In this document: positions 30,483-39,969 of the stretch, one piece after another
How positions within the stretch are numbered: position 1 is the first letter of the stretch
Layout of the letters: every line of letters starts with the position of its first letter
IMG/VR virus record: IMGVR_UViG_3300043444_000172
Span: 1-54,705 of that record
Strand: one strand, 5' to 3'
DNA: 54,705 nt
Origin: a virus
Taxonomy: Duplodnaviria; Caudoviricetes
The notes under the pieces: model-generated
The model's database searches: none
Told to the model about the DNA's origin: nothing
The model's input: the letters and a program-made list of their open reading frames with translations, nothing else
Made by a program: the position numbers and the translations under genes

Positions 30483-30881
30483 TTATTGCAACTTTCCTAC
30501 CGAGGGATAATTAGCAAGAATCGTGTTTTCTTCTAGCCACTGCTCATCGAGAGTGCCGTCAGAGTACTTTATTAGTGCTAAAGATTTGTTATTTTTGTCA
30601 AAGCCGTTTTTATTAGACCAGTCAACAACGTAGTCAATTGACTCGTTGAATAGTCCAGTTATTCTCCAAGTGTCCTCTGGGTGAGAAGCTACCCACACCT
30701 GTTCTTCTTTGTCGTACTCAGATACTCCAAAAGGGTCGTCCGAAATTATTGCTTCGACTGCCTTTGTTTCTGGGTTCAACAAGATGTGAATAGACACTCC
30801 CAGTGTCTTCCTATTAGAGATAGGAGAGTCATCAGCTAGGAGAGGTTCCTTGCTTAGTTTTTCGCTTTTGATGATTGCCAT
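30483..30881 (-). CDS. Hypothetical protein (132 aa)
   Basis: ORF whose stop abuts the protease ATG. Confidence 0.7.
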   Translation of the reverse strand: MAIIKSEKLSKEPLLADDSPISNRKTLGVSIHILLNPETKAVEAIISDDPFGVSEYDKEEQVWVASHPEDTWRITGLFNESIDYVVDWSNKNGFDKNNKSLALIKYSDGTLDEQWLEENTILANYPSVGKLQ

Positions 30882-30899
30882 AATATACTCTATTCTATT

Positions 30900-31274
30900 C
30901 TAATATATCCTGGGACTCTTGTTCTTGTCGTAGTCTTCTCCGCCAAGCCCCATCTCTTCCATAGTTGGAGCCTCGCCCACTACTTGAATGTCCGTGTCTC
31001 CGTACAAAGCATTTGCAGCCCACACAAAGGTGTATGGGTCTGTAATATCGTTGATTAGAAATGGACCTACAGGAGTTACGGCAATTTCATACTCGTAGTT
31101 GCACCACTTGTTAGCAAAATCTTCTAGAGAGTCTGCTATTGCTGCAGCTTTTTCGCTCGTGGGATCAAAAATCAAGTCTAGTTGTCCAGGGACCCAGCTA
31201 ATTTTCTCACCCAGTATGGTCAGGTTAAAAGATTTGGTGAAATCTCTATATGCATCATCATTAGTGAACGCCAT
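30900..31274 (-). CDS. Acidic hypothetical protein (124 aa), candidate immunity/partner protein
   Basis: AAGGAG RBS; immediately downstream of the 2587 aa protein. Confidence 0.7.
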   Translation of the reverse strand: MAFTNDDAYRDFTKSFNLTILGEKISWVPGQLDLIFDPTSEKAAAIADSLEDFANKWCNYEYEIAVTPVGPFLINDITDPYTFVWAANALYGDTDIQVVGEAPTMEEMGLGGEDYDKNKSPRIY

Positions 31275-31284
31275 TGGTATCTCC

Positions 31285-34200
31285 TTATAATCCTAGAATC
31301 TTGGCCAGGTAGTTCTTTACTGCTCTGACTTGAGAAGCAGCGTATCCAGAACCGGAACCAAACTCCTCTGTTAGATAGTCTAGCAACTCAGCGTACTCTT
31401 CTCTAGTTAGATTGGTACCTCCACCAAACTTAGACAAGATAGTAGCCAAGAAACCAGCATCTGGCTTTGACGATTCTTTTTGAAGAATAGACTGTACAGC
31501 TGCACTAGGCTTTGGAACACTAACATCTGCCGCTTGAGCAGATGCTCCGCCACCCGGAGGTGGGTTAATTCCAGAGCCAGAGCCGCCACCAGGACCCTGC
31601 GGTCTATTGGCTAGCGAGAACACCATGCCATAAGCAAAGTCTCTAGCATCGTTGTCGATGCCAGTCTTTGGATCCCTACCGAATGCCATTATGACATTGT
31701 CGATTGGAGTCTGCAAAGTGTCATCGGTGTAGTATCTACCACTCTTTGGGTCGAAGTGGACGTCAGAAATAACTTTTCTAGTGCCGTCAAGCTCGAAGTC
31801 AGTGGTTGCTACAGTCAAACCACGACCTCTAGATGCGATTCCAAAGTCAGACATAATCTCCTGCATCAAAACTGTTGACACTTCAAAGTGTCCGTCGTTT
31901 GGATTTAGGATGTGCTTCTTGTCTTCTGGGTACTGCTTGCTCATGTAGCCCAAAGCTAGTCCAGGTACAGCAAGTGCTCGTTCGCCGCGTCCCATTCTCT
32001 GACCAGATAGGAAGGCAAAGTTTGGCAATGTCTCATCTTCTGTACCAGGGAACATAACTGCTCGGTCGTAGAGCCAAGCATGTTGAAGAGCACCAATGTT
32101 AGGCATGATGTGCTCTAGAACGTGCTGTACCTCATGCACCGCTGCGTCAGTTGCACTCGTGACATCGTCGTACTGCCTGCTTCTCTTGTTAGAGAGGTGT
32201 ACAGCGTAACCATCTGGCTCATCGGTCATATAGGCTCGCTTAACACCAGACATGATGTAAAGCTTCTTATCTTCAGCTTTCAGCTGAGCCAGAAGTCCTC
32301 GAATTACAGACGATGGGAGACCATCAAAGAACTCCTCAAGGGCCTCTTTCGACTTAAATGTGTCAACAGAGCGTAGCTTTAGCTTCCTCTTTAGGCTGTA
32401 GAGGTGGCCATCAAACTCATCAACAGATACATTGTCGAGTTCAACGCCTTCTTCAGCCATCACTTCTCTGTAAGCATCTCTAGCAGCCTTACCAACTACC
32501 GCGCCCATATTCATGTGCTTCTTTGCGGCATCAGTACTTGCTCGCTTAGCAGCTTCGAGTGCTTTCTGCGCAGTCTTAACTTTTGCATTTGTAGCGGGGT
32601 CATTTAGCGCAGTGTATGCATATGCAAACAGCGACTCGTTTTTATCAGTAGCTTCTTCTACTAATGCAGCCAGACTTCCTAGTCGCTTACCAGCGAGTTC
32701 TTTAGCTAACTTATCTCTATCTACTACACCATTAGGTAGAACAAACCCGTCAGCTGCCAACTTAGCCATTGTTGTTTTTCTAGAGGCAGCTGTAGAGAAT
32801 ACCTTTACGCCACTATCGTGGATAGCACGTACATCTTTCTTAGCCTGTTTAGTTGCATCCGAAGCCTTCCGAGAAACATCTGCAACTTCCTTGAATATTG
32901 TGTCGACATCAGCTGCGCTAGAGACATTGAGCTTTTCTCTATTTCTTAGAATGTCAATAAGCTTGTCATCTACTCTAGCTCGGATGTCAGAACCAACTCC
33001 AACAATATCGTTCTTAGCTTCTCTAGCTTCGTCAGTAGGCTTAACAGCGCGGAATTGACTGTCCTTTACTGGAGAGGTGTTGTCATCATTTAGATCTGCT
33101 GTCTTGTGGATAGCAAGAGTTCTTGATGCTGCTCCAGTAGTTGGGTCGATTCCAAGTCCGAGATCTCTAGCAGTCTCTCCTAGTGGAGTTAGAGGCTCAG
33201 CCTGCTTTGGACCTGGAGGCGATGAAGATAGAACCTTGTCAGTAGCAGGGAAGGTTACCTTGCTACCGTCAGAGAACGTAACCTGAACAACTCTGTTACC
33301 ATTCTTTGCTGTTCCAGTTCTAACACCCTTAATGGTCCCCATTCGACCACCATTAGGGTCCCAGAGGGTGTCGCCAGGGTTGACATCAGTTATTGGTGTC
33401 TCCTTTGTTGCCTTAGGGCCTCCAATAATTTGCTCTGCATACTTGGTAAAATCGATTGCACCGAAGTCAATAAAGTCGGGGTCAAAACCAATATTAGGAA
33501 TCGGTTCTCCGGTCTTACCGCTAATAATTTCTCCAGTATCGAAGTTGACAGAGTCACCTTCAGATAGCGAACGCTCTACCACACGCTGACCAAGCTTGAC
33601 AGTTCTTCTTCCAGATGTAGGTTCCTGATCTGGACTTGCTTTAGTTAGGTGGAATGTACTCAGCTTGATTGGGTTGTCAATTCCAGGGAACGATACGTAA
33701 ACATAGTTTCCGTATCCATAGTTTCCACTGTCATCTCGTTCAGCCTGAAGTTTCTGAACTACTCGACCGTAGCAGTACTCCTTTTGGTTGTTACCCCAGC
33801 GGACAACGTCTCCAACCTGAGAAATTTCTCCGCTAACGTAACGGTGAGGAATAACCTTAGTACCAGCGGCAGGAAGTACCTGTCGGTTGATAGAGTGGTC
33901 AATCCTAGCCAAAAGGTGCTCTAGTTCATTCTTGTCTAGATACGGGAACTTCTCCTGAACTGATCTCTTAACTACAGATCTAGCCACTTCTTTAGCTGCG
34001 TTTGTGTCAGGAATGCTTTCTACATAACCAAGAAGTGCCTGGAATGCAGCCAGCGAATCTTTCTGATCCAAGGCATCGTATAGTGAAGGCATTTCTTTTC
34101 GCATAACGCGACGGAAATTTTCACCATTTCTAGAAGTAGAGAGGTTGTGACGCTGATCTCTACCATTTAGTATGATGATCGCTTCTTCTTCTGGAGTTCT

Positions 34201-37200
34201 GAAGACGAACTTGGTGTCATCAAATGCTTTGTCGTTCAAAATAGAAGACAACTTACCAGTGCGAAGACGCTTTAGCGAGCCCTGAATACCGCCGTAGTAG
34301 CGGATGTATTGCTGACGCTGCTTTAGTGACTTTCCAGGAGCCGGGATCTTGCCAAAGTTTCTGTCAAAGAACATGTCAAGAAGACGCTCAACACCCGCAG
34401 ACTTTGTCTTAGCAAGTGGGTTGTCAACTACACCCAGCACACTGTCTAGCGACTTGTGAGGTGAGTAGTGGTTGAACAACTGAGTGTACTCGTCATCTTC
34501 AACAAACTGACCATTCGGGGTCTCAACCAGTTTCTTTGGTGCGTTAGAGTCTCGAAGTGCAGCTACTACACGTAGAGTTCCGCTCTGAGAAGGAACGATT
34601 CGAAGCTCGAAGTCTACCTTGTCACCAGCAAAATCCTTTGAAGTTTCTGGCTCTTCGTAGTTAGAGACTCGGTACCAGACAATTGAACCATCGGGTCTAA
34701 CCTTTGCATCAGGATTTAGCTGAAGCAAAGCGTCGATCATCTGAGAAACTGTTTCTGTTCCACCAGCACGAATAAACTGGTCGCGCTTTGCTGGAGTTAT
34801 GCCAGCTCTTCCGACATCCTTTCCGTCGTCTTGACGGGTAGGGTTACTGTTAAACAGTGAAGCACTCGATCCAGGAGGAAGTAGTGTAACCTTTCCTGGT
34901 TTTCTTGGCTGAGGGTTTCTAGGCTTTCTTAGCTTCTTAGAATCATTTGCAGACAGACTTCTACCGTTGTTTAGCTTGTCAAGAGCGGCCATAAGGGTAG
35001 ATAGGCTGACGTCGTTGTCTTCGATAGCGTCAAGCATTGCCTGAGTCTTTATGATCTCGTCAAAGACTTCGTCACCGCTTGCGCCATTGTCGATCATCTT
35101 TGCCAACTTGCCAGTTGGATCAATGCCTAGGTCGTTAATTGCCTTTTTAGCATTTTCTCTGTTGTTCTTGACACCATCGTTGCGAGTCTTCTTGAAGTCA
35201 GCTTCTAAGCTGCTTAGGTTGCTGTACTTCTTAGACGGTACAGAAGAGTCACTTCTGTTTCTTAGAAGAACGCTTCCATCGCTGTTTAAGGTAATTTCCC
35301 AACGAACGCCTTCGATCTTCTTGCTGTACTGCTTACGATCTCCGGCACCAACTCGCACCCAACCATCTAGGAAGTTAGGTGGAACGTTACCACCATCAGA
35401 AGGGCCCTGTCTGAGGACAGTCACCGGACCTTCGTCCTTGATGCGACCCTTTCGGTCACTAGAGCTTAGAGCAGCACCAATCTTCTTTTTCTTGGTTGGA
35501 TTGACTTCCGCCATTTCTGCTTTACGCTCTTCGCGGTAGTCCCAGGCGTCCATACCAAAGTCTTTAGGACGATCTAAAATCTCGTTAGCTAAAGTGAGAC
35601 CTTCTCTTCCTTCAAACTGACGAACCCAGTCTAATGTACCTAGGTAGAGTCTCTTTCTTGCTCGAGATGCGGCAACATAAGCAAGTCTAAGTGCATCTGC
35701 ACCAAGAGGATCTTCTTTTGATTCACTCTGATCGCCTTCAGGAGTTGCCCAGTCTTCACCGATGCTAACGTCATCCCACTCAAGGCCTTTGGCTCGGTGA
35801 GCTGTAGAAACAATTACATCTGGAACTTCTTCATTGATGTTTAGTCGGTTAGGAATTAGAGCAGCAAGCTCATCTAATTCTTTTTGACGCTCGTCGTCAT
35901 CATAGAATAGTTTTGCCCAGCCGGTAAATGAAGATCTACCTCTTTCTTCATCATTCCATGAATAGCCGCGGTCTTTTAGAATTTGACCGAATTTTTCTCC
36001 ATTTACATAGGCCAAGGTACCGTCGTTATTGAATACCATGGTTCCATTGTCAAATACTTCGTAGTCTAGAGGCTTTCCATCTGCAGCAATCCACATGCGA
36101 CCAGATGAACCTTTTGTAGCATCTAGCGTACTGTCAACATCTCCAACGTCAGAGCGGTCAACAATGATGTTGTCAATGATTTTGCCAATGTTTTCAAATT
36201 CCCCCATGTCGTAGCCTTTTTTCCACCTAGCAACGATTGACTTAGGGTCACGCTTAGCGGCACGAGCCCAGTCGCCCATGTTTTTAAGTCGACTAAAGTC
36301 ACAGTCTTGGATAGGGGATCCATCAGGGAATCTAGGGCCCTTCTTTCTTTCAGGGTCGCTAAACTCTCTTTGTAACCACTGAACGTAGTAGTAGTTGCTT
36401 CGAAGTTCGTTGTAGAAAACGCTTAGAGCACCAACTTTTTTACCCTCGACCATGAATTCGATGATGTCCTTCATGCCCTGCCAGTTGGATCGGGTAAGGT
36501 GGGCTCTGGACGGGCCAAATTCTAGATCGTCTTCGTCTTCTACAATCGCGCCTTCGGAGTCAGTACCGATCATTCTTGTATTGTGACCAAGTATGTTTAA
36601 GAATCCGTTTGCTGGGCCAGTTAAAGCGTCACCAAAACGATACGTCATGGTCAGTGGAATTACTGCATCGGCAGTTGCCTTTGCTTCCCTAAGAGCATTT
36701 TCACTTCCTCGGAAACCGAAGATGTTCTGGTTAGTATCACCAACATATGAGATCTGTAGGCGTCCCTTGTTACCCTTTAGGACTGTAGCCACAGTAGGGT
36801 TTGTGTCCTGAGCCTCATCCATGAGGATAACCTTTACTGGCTTACCTTTTACTGTAAGTTTAGATAAGTCTGGGTTACCTAGCTGCCATAGCTTGAGGTA
36901 GTGATCGTGATCGATCTTGATACGCTTTTCGCCAACAAACTTCTTTTTTACTTTGTCGTAGTAGCCAGGCTTAATGTCGCTCTCAATGTTGCCCCAGAAC
37001 TTTTCGGCCCACTTCAGCCACTTGGGATCAATCTTGTATAGGCCAGGACCGTCTCCAAAGTCTTCCTTAGGCATGCCAAAGAACTTAGAGAATCCTGATA
37101 AAACATGATCACTTGATAGTTTTGTAGCATTTGAGTTGCAGTACTCAGTAATAATCTTTCTAACAAGCATCGCGGCTGCTTCAGCATCAATAGGCTGCTT

Positions 37201-39048
37201 GTCCGGGCCGGGAGTGTCGTCAGTCTCTAAAAATAAAGCTAGATCTTTATCACTGTTAATAATTGCTGCTTTGCCGCCCTTTAGAGCAGACCTCTGAGTT
37301 TTAGAAAGAGCAGTCTTTCTTGCCAACTTGTGGGTAGTCATCGCATCTGCGTTTTCACGAGGAAGTCTAACCTTGGCATCAGCAGCATTTTTAGTTCCAA
37401 AGCAAAGAACTAGAACACCATCGTTAGGGCGCAAACGAGCGATTGTCCTAGCAGCACCAACTACAACCGAAGTCTTTCCAGCACCAGCAAGAGCTTCCAT
37501 AACAGTATCTACGTTGGCTACAGCAATTGCAGCAAGTGCTCGTGCTTGCTCAACACTGGGGGTGAATCCGCCCATGTCCTGGGTGAAGTCGTTTGCGGCA
37601 GCAATCTTGTCAAGCTCTTCGTCACTCATCTTGCCGACAGTTTCAAATGCCTCAAGTAGAGCTTCGGCACTTAAGCTAGGGTCTGGTTTTGCAGGAGATA
37701 CCTTATCGGCAGTCTCAGGGTCACCAGTTCTTTCGCTCTCTGGAATGTCTAGAGGGACATCCTGCTCTGTCTTAGGGTTGACAGGAGTTACATCTCCCTC
37801 TTCCTCTACAAACTCTTCGCCTGGGACAGGTTCTTTTTCTTCCTCGGGAGTTGGAGTAACTTCCCCCTCGTCATCCCAGGTGATGTCTTCGTCTTCTGGC
37901 TGCTGTGGAGCACCCTTACGCTTACCAGATGGCTTAGCGTTGTCAATTACATCATCAACGCTGACAAGCTTGCCGTCCATTGCGTCTTTGATGGCTTTTT
38001 CTACTGCATCTTCAACCTGGCTAGGCTCTGCTTCTTTGGATGATCTACGCCTGTCTTCGACGACGCCACTATTTGGCTTAAATGCATCGAAAGCCATCTT
38101 TGGAATCTCAATAAATGTTCTAAGATCCGAGTCTGTATAGACTCCAAATTTTTGACCAGTAACTATCGGATTAGCATTGTCATCGTACTTAACTACGTCG
38201 TAGGCTGTTACTCCGTAAGATTTGTTCTCTAAAAAGTCGCGCAGAGTGGTAACTTCGCCGTTTATACGAATTGGCTTACCAATCGCGGCATTCATCTTTC
38301 CAATGGCCTTCGGGTCCATTCCAGTGGTGTCAAAAGTTCCACCAATGCCCGACTCTGCCTCAGGCTCTACCTTTTCAGGCTCTACCTCTGGCTCTGCTTC
38401 TTTAGCTGGCTCCGCTTCTGGCTCTGCCTTTTCAGGCTCTGCTTCTGCAGCAGGGGCTTGAGTCTTGCCCTCGAGTAAGTCAGCAACTTCCTGCTCTGAC
38501 ATCTTACCTTCGGTGCCTGGAGGCAGCTGGGCAAGAGGAGACTTAGCACGCTCTTCCTCAAGAATCTTGCGCTCTTCTGGAGTAGGAACTGCTTCAGCTA
38601 GGCGGTAGTCCTCTTCAGTAGGCTCTTCGCTAAATGCCTCGCTGAGGTTGATGATGTCATTCTCATCAAAGTCTTTTGGCTGTACAGGGTTTCCGGCACT
38701 GTCCACCGGTAGGCCAGGCTTGATTCCCTGACGTTTTAGAACCTCTTCTGGAATTTCAGCTTGAATCATCTGCATCTTGGCAGGGTCAAGTTCGTAAATT
38801 CTGTCTGGACGGCCTTTTCTACCCTTTATAAGGAAGCGACCAAGTCCTGGAACCCTCTGAGATGGTCCAACGTACTTAGCGCGGATAGGGAAAGGTGGCA
38901 GCCCGTGAGCGATACGGGCCATCATTAGAGCCTCGAGACCCATCTCCATCCACTGACCGAGCTTGTCGCGGAGCTGGCGCATCCAGAAGCCCTTGTTGGC
39001 ACCTAAGCCTACAGCTACGATTGGGTCGAGGTCTCTATCTTGTGACAT
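31285..39048 (-). CDS. Giant polyvalent protein: leader + UvrD/SF1 helicase + SH3-like modules + HExxH metallopeptidase
   Basis: ALAGAGKT, DEAQD, VGDTNQNIFGFRG, TYRF, STAHRAKGLEW, YVAASRAR (~35620-37560); AVHEVQHVLEH...HFEV (~31860-32140). Confidence 0.85.
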   Translation of the reverse strand: MSQDRDLDPIVAVGLGANKGFWMRQLRDKLGQWMEMGLEALMMARIAHGLPPFPIRAKYVGPSQRVPGLGRFLIKGRKGRPDRIYELDPAKMQMIQAEIPEEVLKRQGIKPGLPVDSAGNPVQPKDFDENDIINLSEAFSEEPTEEDYRLAEAVPTPEERKILEEERAKSPLAQLPPGTEGKMSEQEVADLLEGKTQAPAAEAEPEKAEPEAEPAKEAEPEVEPEKVEPEAESGIGGTFDTTGMDPKAIGKMNAAIGKPIRINGEVTTLRDFLENKSYGVTAYDVVKYDDNANPIVTGQKFGVYTDSDLRTFIEIPKMAFDAFKPNSGVVEDRRRSSKEAEPSQVEDAVEKAIKDAMDGKLVSVDDVIDNAKPSGKRKGAPQQPEDEDITWDDEGEVTPTPEEEKEPVPGEEFVEEEGDVTPVNPKTEQDVPLDIPESERTGDPETADKVSPAKPDPSLSAEALLEAFETVGKMSDEELDKIAAANDFTQDMGGFTPSVEQARALAAIAVANVDTVMEALAGAGKTSVVVGAARTIARLRPNDGVLVLCFGTKNAADAKVRLPRENADAMTTHKLARKTALSKTQRSALKGGKAAIINSDKDLALFLETDDTPGPDKQPIDAEAAAMLVRKIITEYCNSNATKLSSDHVLSGFSKFFGMPKEDFGDGPGLYKIDPKWLKWAEKFWGNIESDIKPGYYDKVKKKFVGEKRIKIDHDHYLKLWQLGNPDLSKLTVKGKPVKVILMDEAQDTNPTVATVLKGNKGRLQISYVGDTNQNIFGFRGSENALREAKATADAVIPLTMTYRFGDALTGPANGFLNILGHNTRMIGTDSEGAIVEDEDDLEFGPSRAHLTRSNWQGMKDIIEFMVEGKKVGALSVFYNELRSNYYYVQWLQREFSDPERKKGPRFPDGSPIQDCDFSRLKNMGDWARAAKRDPKSIVARWKKGYDMGEFENIGKIIDNIIVDRSDVGDVDSTLDATKGSSGRMWIAADGKPLDYEVFDNGTMVFNNDGTLAYVNGEKFGQILKDRGYSWNDEERGRSSFTGWAKLFYDDDERQKELDELAALIPNRLNINEEVPDVIVSTAHRAKGLEWDDVSIGEDWATPEGDQSESKEDPLGADALRLAYVAASRARKRLYLGTLDWVRQFEGREGLTLANEILDRPKDFGMDAWDYREERKAEMAEVNPTKKKKIGAALSSSDRKGRIKDEGPVTVLRQGPSDGGNVPPNFLDGWVRVGAGDRKQYSKKIEGVRWEITLNSDGSVLLRNRSDSSVPSKKYSNLSSLEADFKKTRNDGVKNNRENAKKAINDLGIDPTGKLAKMIDNGASGDEVFDEIIKTQAMLDAIEDNDVSLSTLMAALDKLNNGRSLSANDSKKLRKPRNPQPRKPGKVTLLPPGSSASLFNSNPTRQDDGKDVGRAGITPAKRDQFIRAGGTETVSQMIDALLQLNPDAKVRPDGSIVWYRVSNYEEPETSKDFAGDKVDFELRIVPSQSGTLRVVAALRDSNAPKKLVETPNGQFVEDDEYTQLFNHYSPHKSLDSVLGVVDNPLAKTKSAGVERLLDMFFDRNFGKIPAPGKSLKQRQQYIRYYGGIQGSLKRLRTGKLSSILNDKAFDDTKFVFRTPEEEAIIILNGRDQRHNLSTSRNGENFRRVMRKEMPSLYDALDQKDSLAAFQALLGYVESIPDTNAAKEVARSVVKRSVQEKFPYLDKNELEHLLARIDHSINRQVLPAAGTKVIPHRYVSGEISQVGDVVRWGNNQKEYCYGRVVQKLQAERDDSGNYGYGNYVYVSFPGIDNPIKLSTFHLTKASPDQEPTSGRRTVKLGQRVVERSLSEGDSVNFDTGEIISGKTGEPIPNIGFDPDFIDFGAIDFTKYAEQIIGGPKATKETPITDVNPGDTLWDPNGGRMGTIKGVRTGTAKNGNRVVQVTFSDGSKVTFPATDKVLSSSPPGPKQAEPLTPLGETARDLGLGIDPTTGAASRTLAIHKTADLNDDNTSPVKDSQFRAVKPTDEAREAKNDIVGVGSDIRARVDDKLIDILRNREKLNVSSAADVDTIFKEVADVSRKASDATKQAKKDVRAIHDSGVKVFSTAASRKTTMAKLAADGFVLPNGVVDRDKLAKELAGKRLGSLAALVEEATDKNESLFAYAYTALNDPATNAKVKTAQKALEAAKRASTDAAKKHMNMGAVVGKAARDAYREVMAEEGVELDNVSVDEFDGHLYSLKRKLKLRSVDTFKSKEALEEFFDGLPSSVIRGLLAQLKAEDKKLYIMSGVKRAYMTDEPDGYAVHLSNKRSRQYDDVTSATDAAVHEVQHVLEHIMPNIGALQHAWLYDRAVMFPGTEDETLPNFAFLSGQRMGRGERALAVPGLALGYMSKQYPEDKKHILNPNDGHFEVSTVLMQEIMSDFGIASRGRGLTVATTDFELDGTRKVISDVHFDPKSGRYYTDDTLQTPIDNVIMAFGRDPKTGIDNDARDFAYGMVFSLANRPQGPGGGSGSGINPPPGGGASAQAADVSVPKPSAAVQSILQKESSKPDAGFLATILSKFGGGTNLTREEYAELLDYLTEEFGSGSGYAASQVRAVKNYLAKILGL

Positions 39049-39100
39049 CTAGATCGGGTCCTTCTTTAACAGGCAAAATATTGAATATCTAGTATGATTT

Positions 39101-39116
39101 CTACTAGTAATTTTAC
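39101..39116 (-). promoter_or_regulatory. Putative promoter, copy 2 of GTAAAATTACTARTAG
   Basis: Minus strand GTAAAATTACTAGTAG about 53 nt upstream of the 2587 aa gene. Confidence 0.6.
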
Positions 39117-39147
39117 ACGTTGTTTAGTTAGTGTGATTTGGGGGGAA

Positions 39148-39969
39148 TTACAGGGTGTCGAGATCTTTGATCGAATTAACAGTTGCTAGAAACTCATTCC
39201 ATTTTTTAGACTGAGCGTATCTCGCGGTGTCAACAAAATCTCTAGTTAAGAAGTCCGAGGCGTCCTCGATCCACTTAGCATTAGAGTCAAGAGCATCGAA
39301 GATCTCGGTGGACTTTGCACCTTCGTCAATCATCTTGGCGATGCTTCCAAACTCGTCATACTCTTTGAGGTTGTTTTTAGCAATCTCGGCGAAGTTGATT
39401 GGCTCTTCAAGGTCGACTAGGTCATCTAGTGCGTCTGAAAGCTCGTTGTACTTAAAAGCAACCAGCTGCGAATCAAAGTCATCATTTTCTGGTTTTGCTT
39501 CCGCGAACTCTCTTAGTGCGGTGAACACAGTGCTCGACTCTAGGTAGCGTCGTATCTGCTCGATTGAGTCTCCACGCTCGATGCGGTACGCTAGCTCGCC
39601 AGTCGGGTCAAGTAGGTTGCCTTCATCGCCATTTATAACAAACATGTCTAGAGCAGCAACTAGGTTTAGGCGAGACAAGTCGTACGCACTGTAGTTGAGT
39701 TCTTTTGTAGGCTTAGACTCTTCAACTTCAAATGTGGCAACATTTCCAAGTCGCTCAGAAACGACTCCAGAAGCAACTAGAGCAGAGAGTCGAGCCTTAG
39801 AGTGTAGGTACTCGATGGAGTCTTTGTCATAGCTAAAAACTCGGTGGATTAGGCGGGATTCCCGTGGGTCAAGCGAGTATAGCTCTTCAAATAGAGCCTT
39901 AGCACCACTCTCTCCATAGAAAAAGTTAGATCTACGTGAAAATTCGTTATTGAATTCTGCATCTAACAT
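39148..39969 (-). CDS. Acidic helical hypothetical protein (273 aa) with two internal repeats
   Basis: TAATG-coupled to the upstream gene; DPTGELAYRIERGDS and DEFGSIAKMIDEGAK. Confidence 0.75.
   Translation of the reverse strand: MLDAEFNNEFSRRSNFFYGESGAKALFEELYSLDPRESRLIHRVFSYDKDSIEYLHSKARLSALVASGVVSERLGNVATFEVEESKPTKELNYSAYDLSRLNLVAALDMFVINGDEGNLLDPTGELAYRIERGDSIEQIRRYLESSTVFTALREFAEAKPENDDFDSQLVAFKYNELSDALDDLVDLEEPINFAEIAKNNLKEYDEFGSIAKMIDEGAKSTEIFDALDSNAKWIEDASDFLTRDFVDTARYAQSKKWNEFLATVNSIKDLDTL

Noticed and set aside
37328-38140. 270 aa plus-strand ORF and the many other plus-strand ORFs
   Set aside because: Antisense shadows of long minus-strand genes; Ser-rich, with no motifs or RBS
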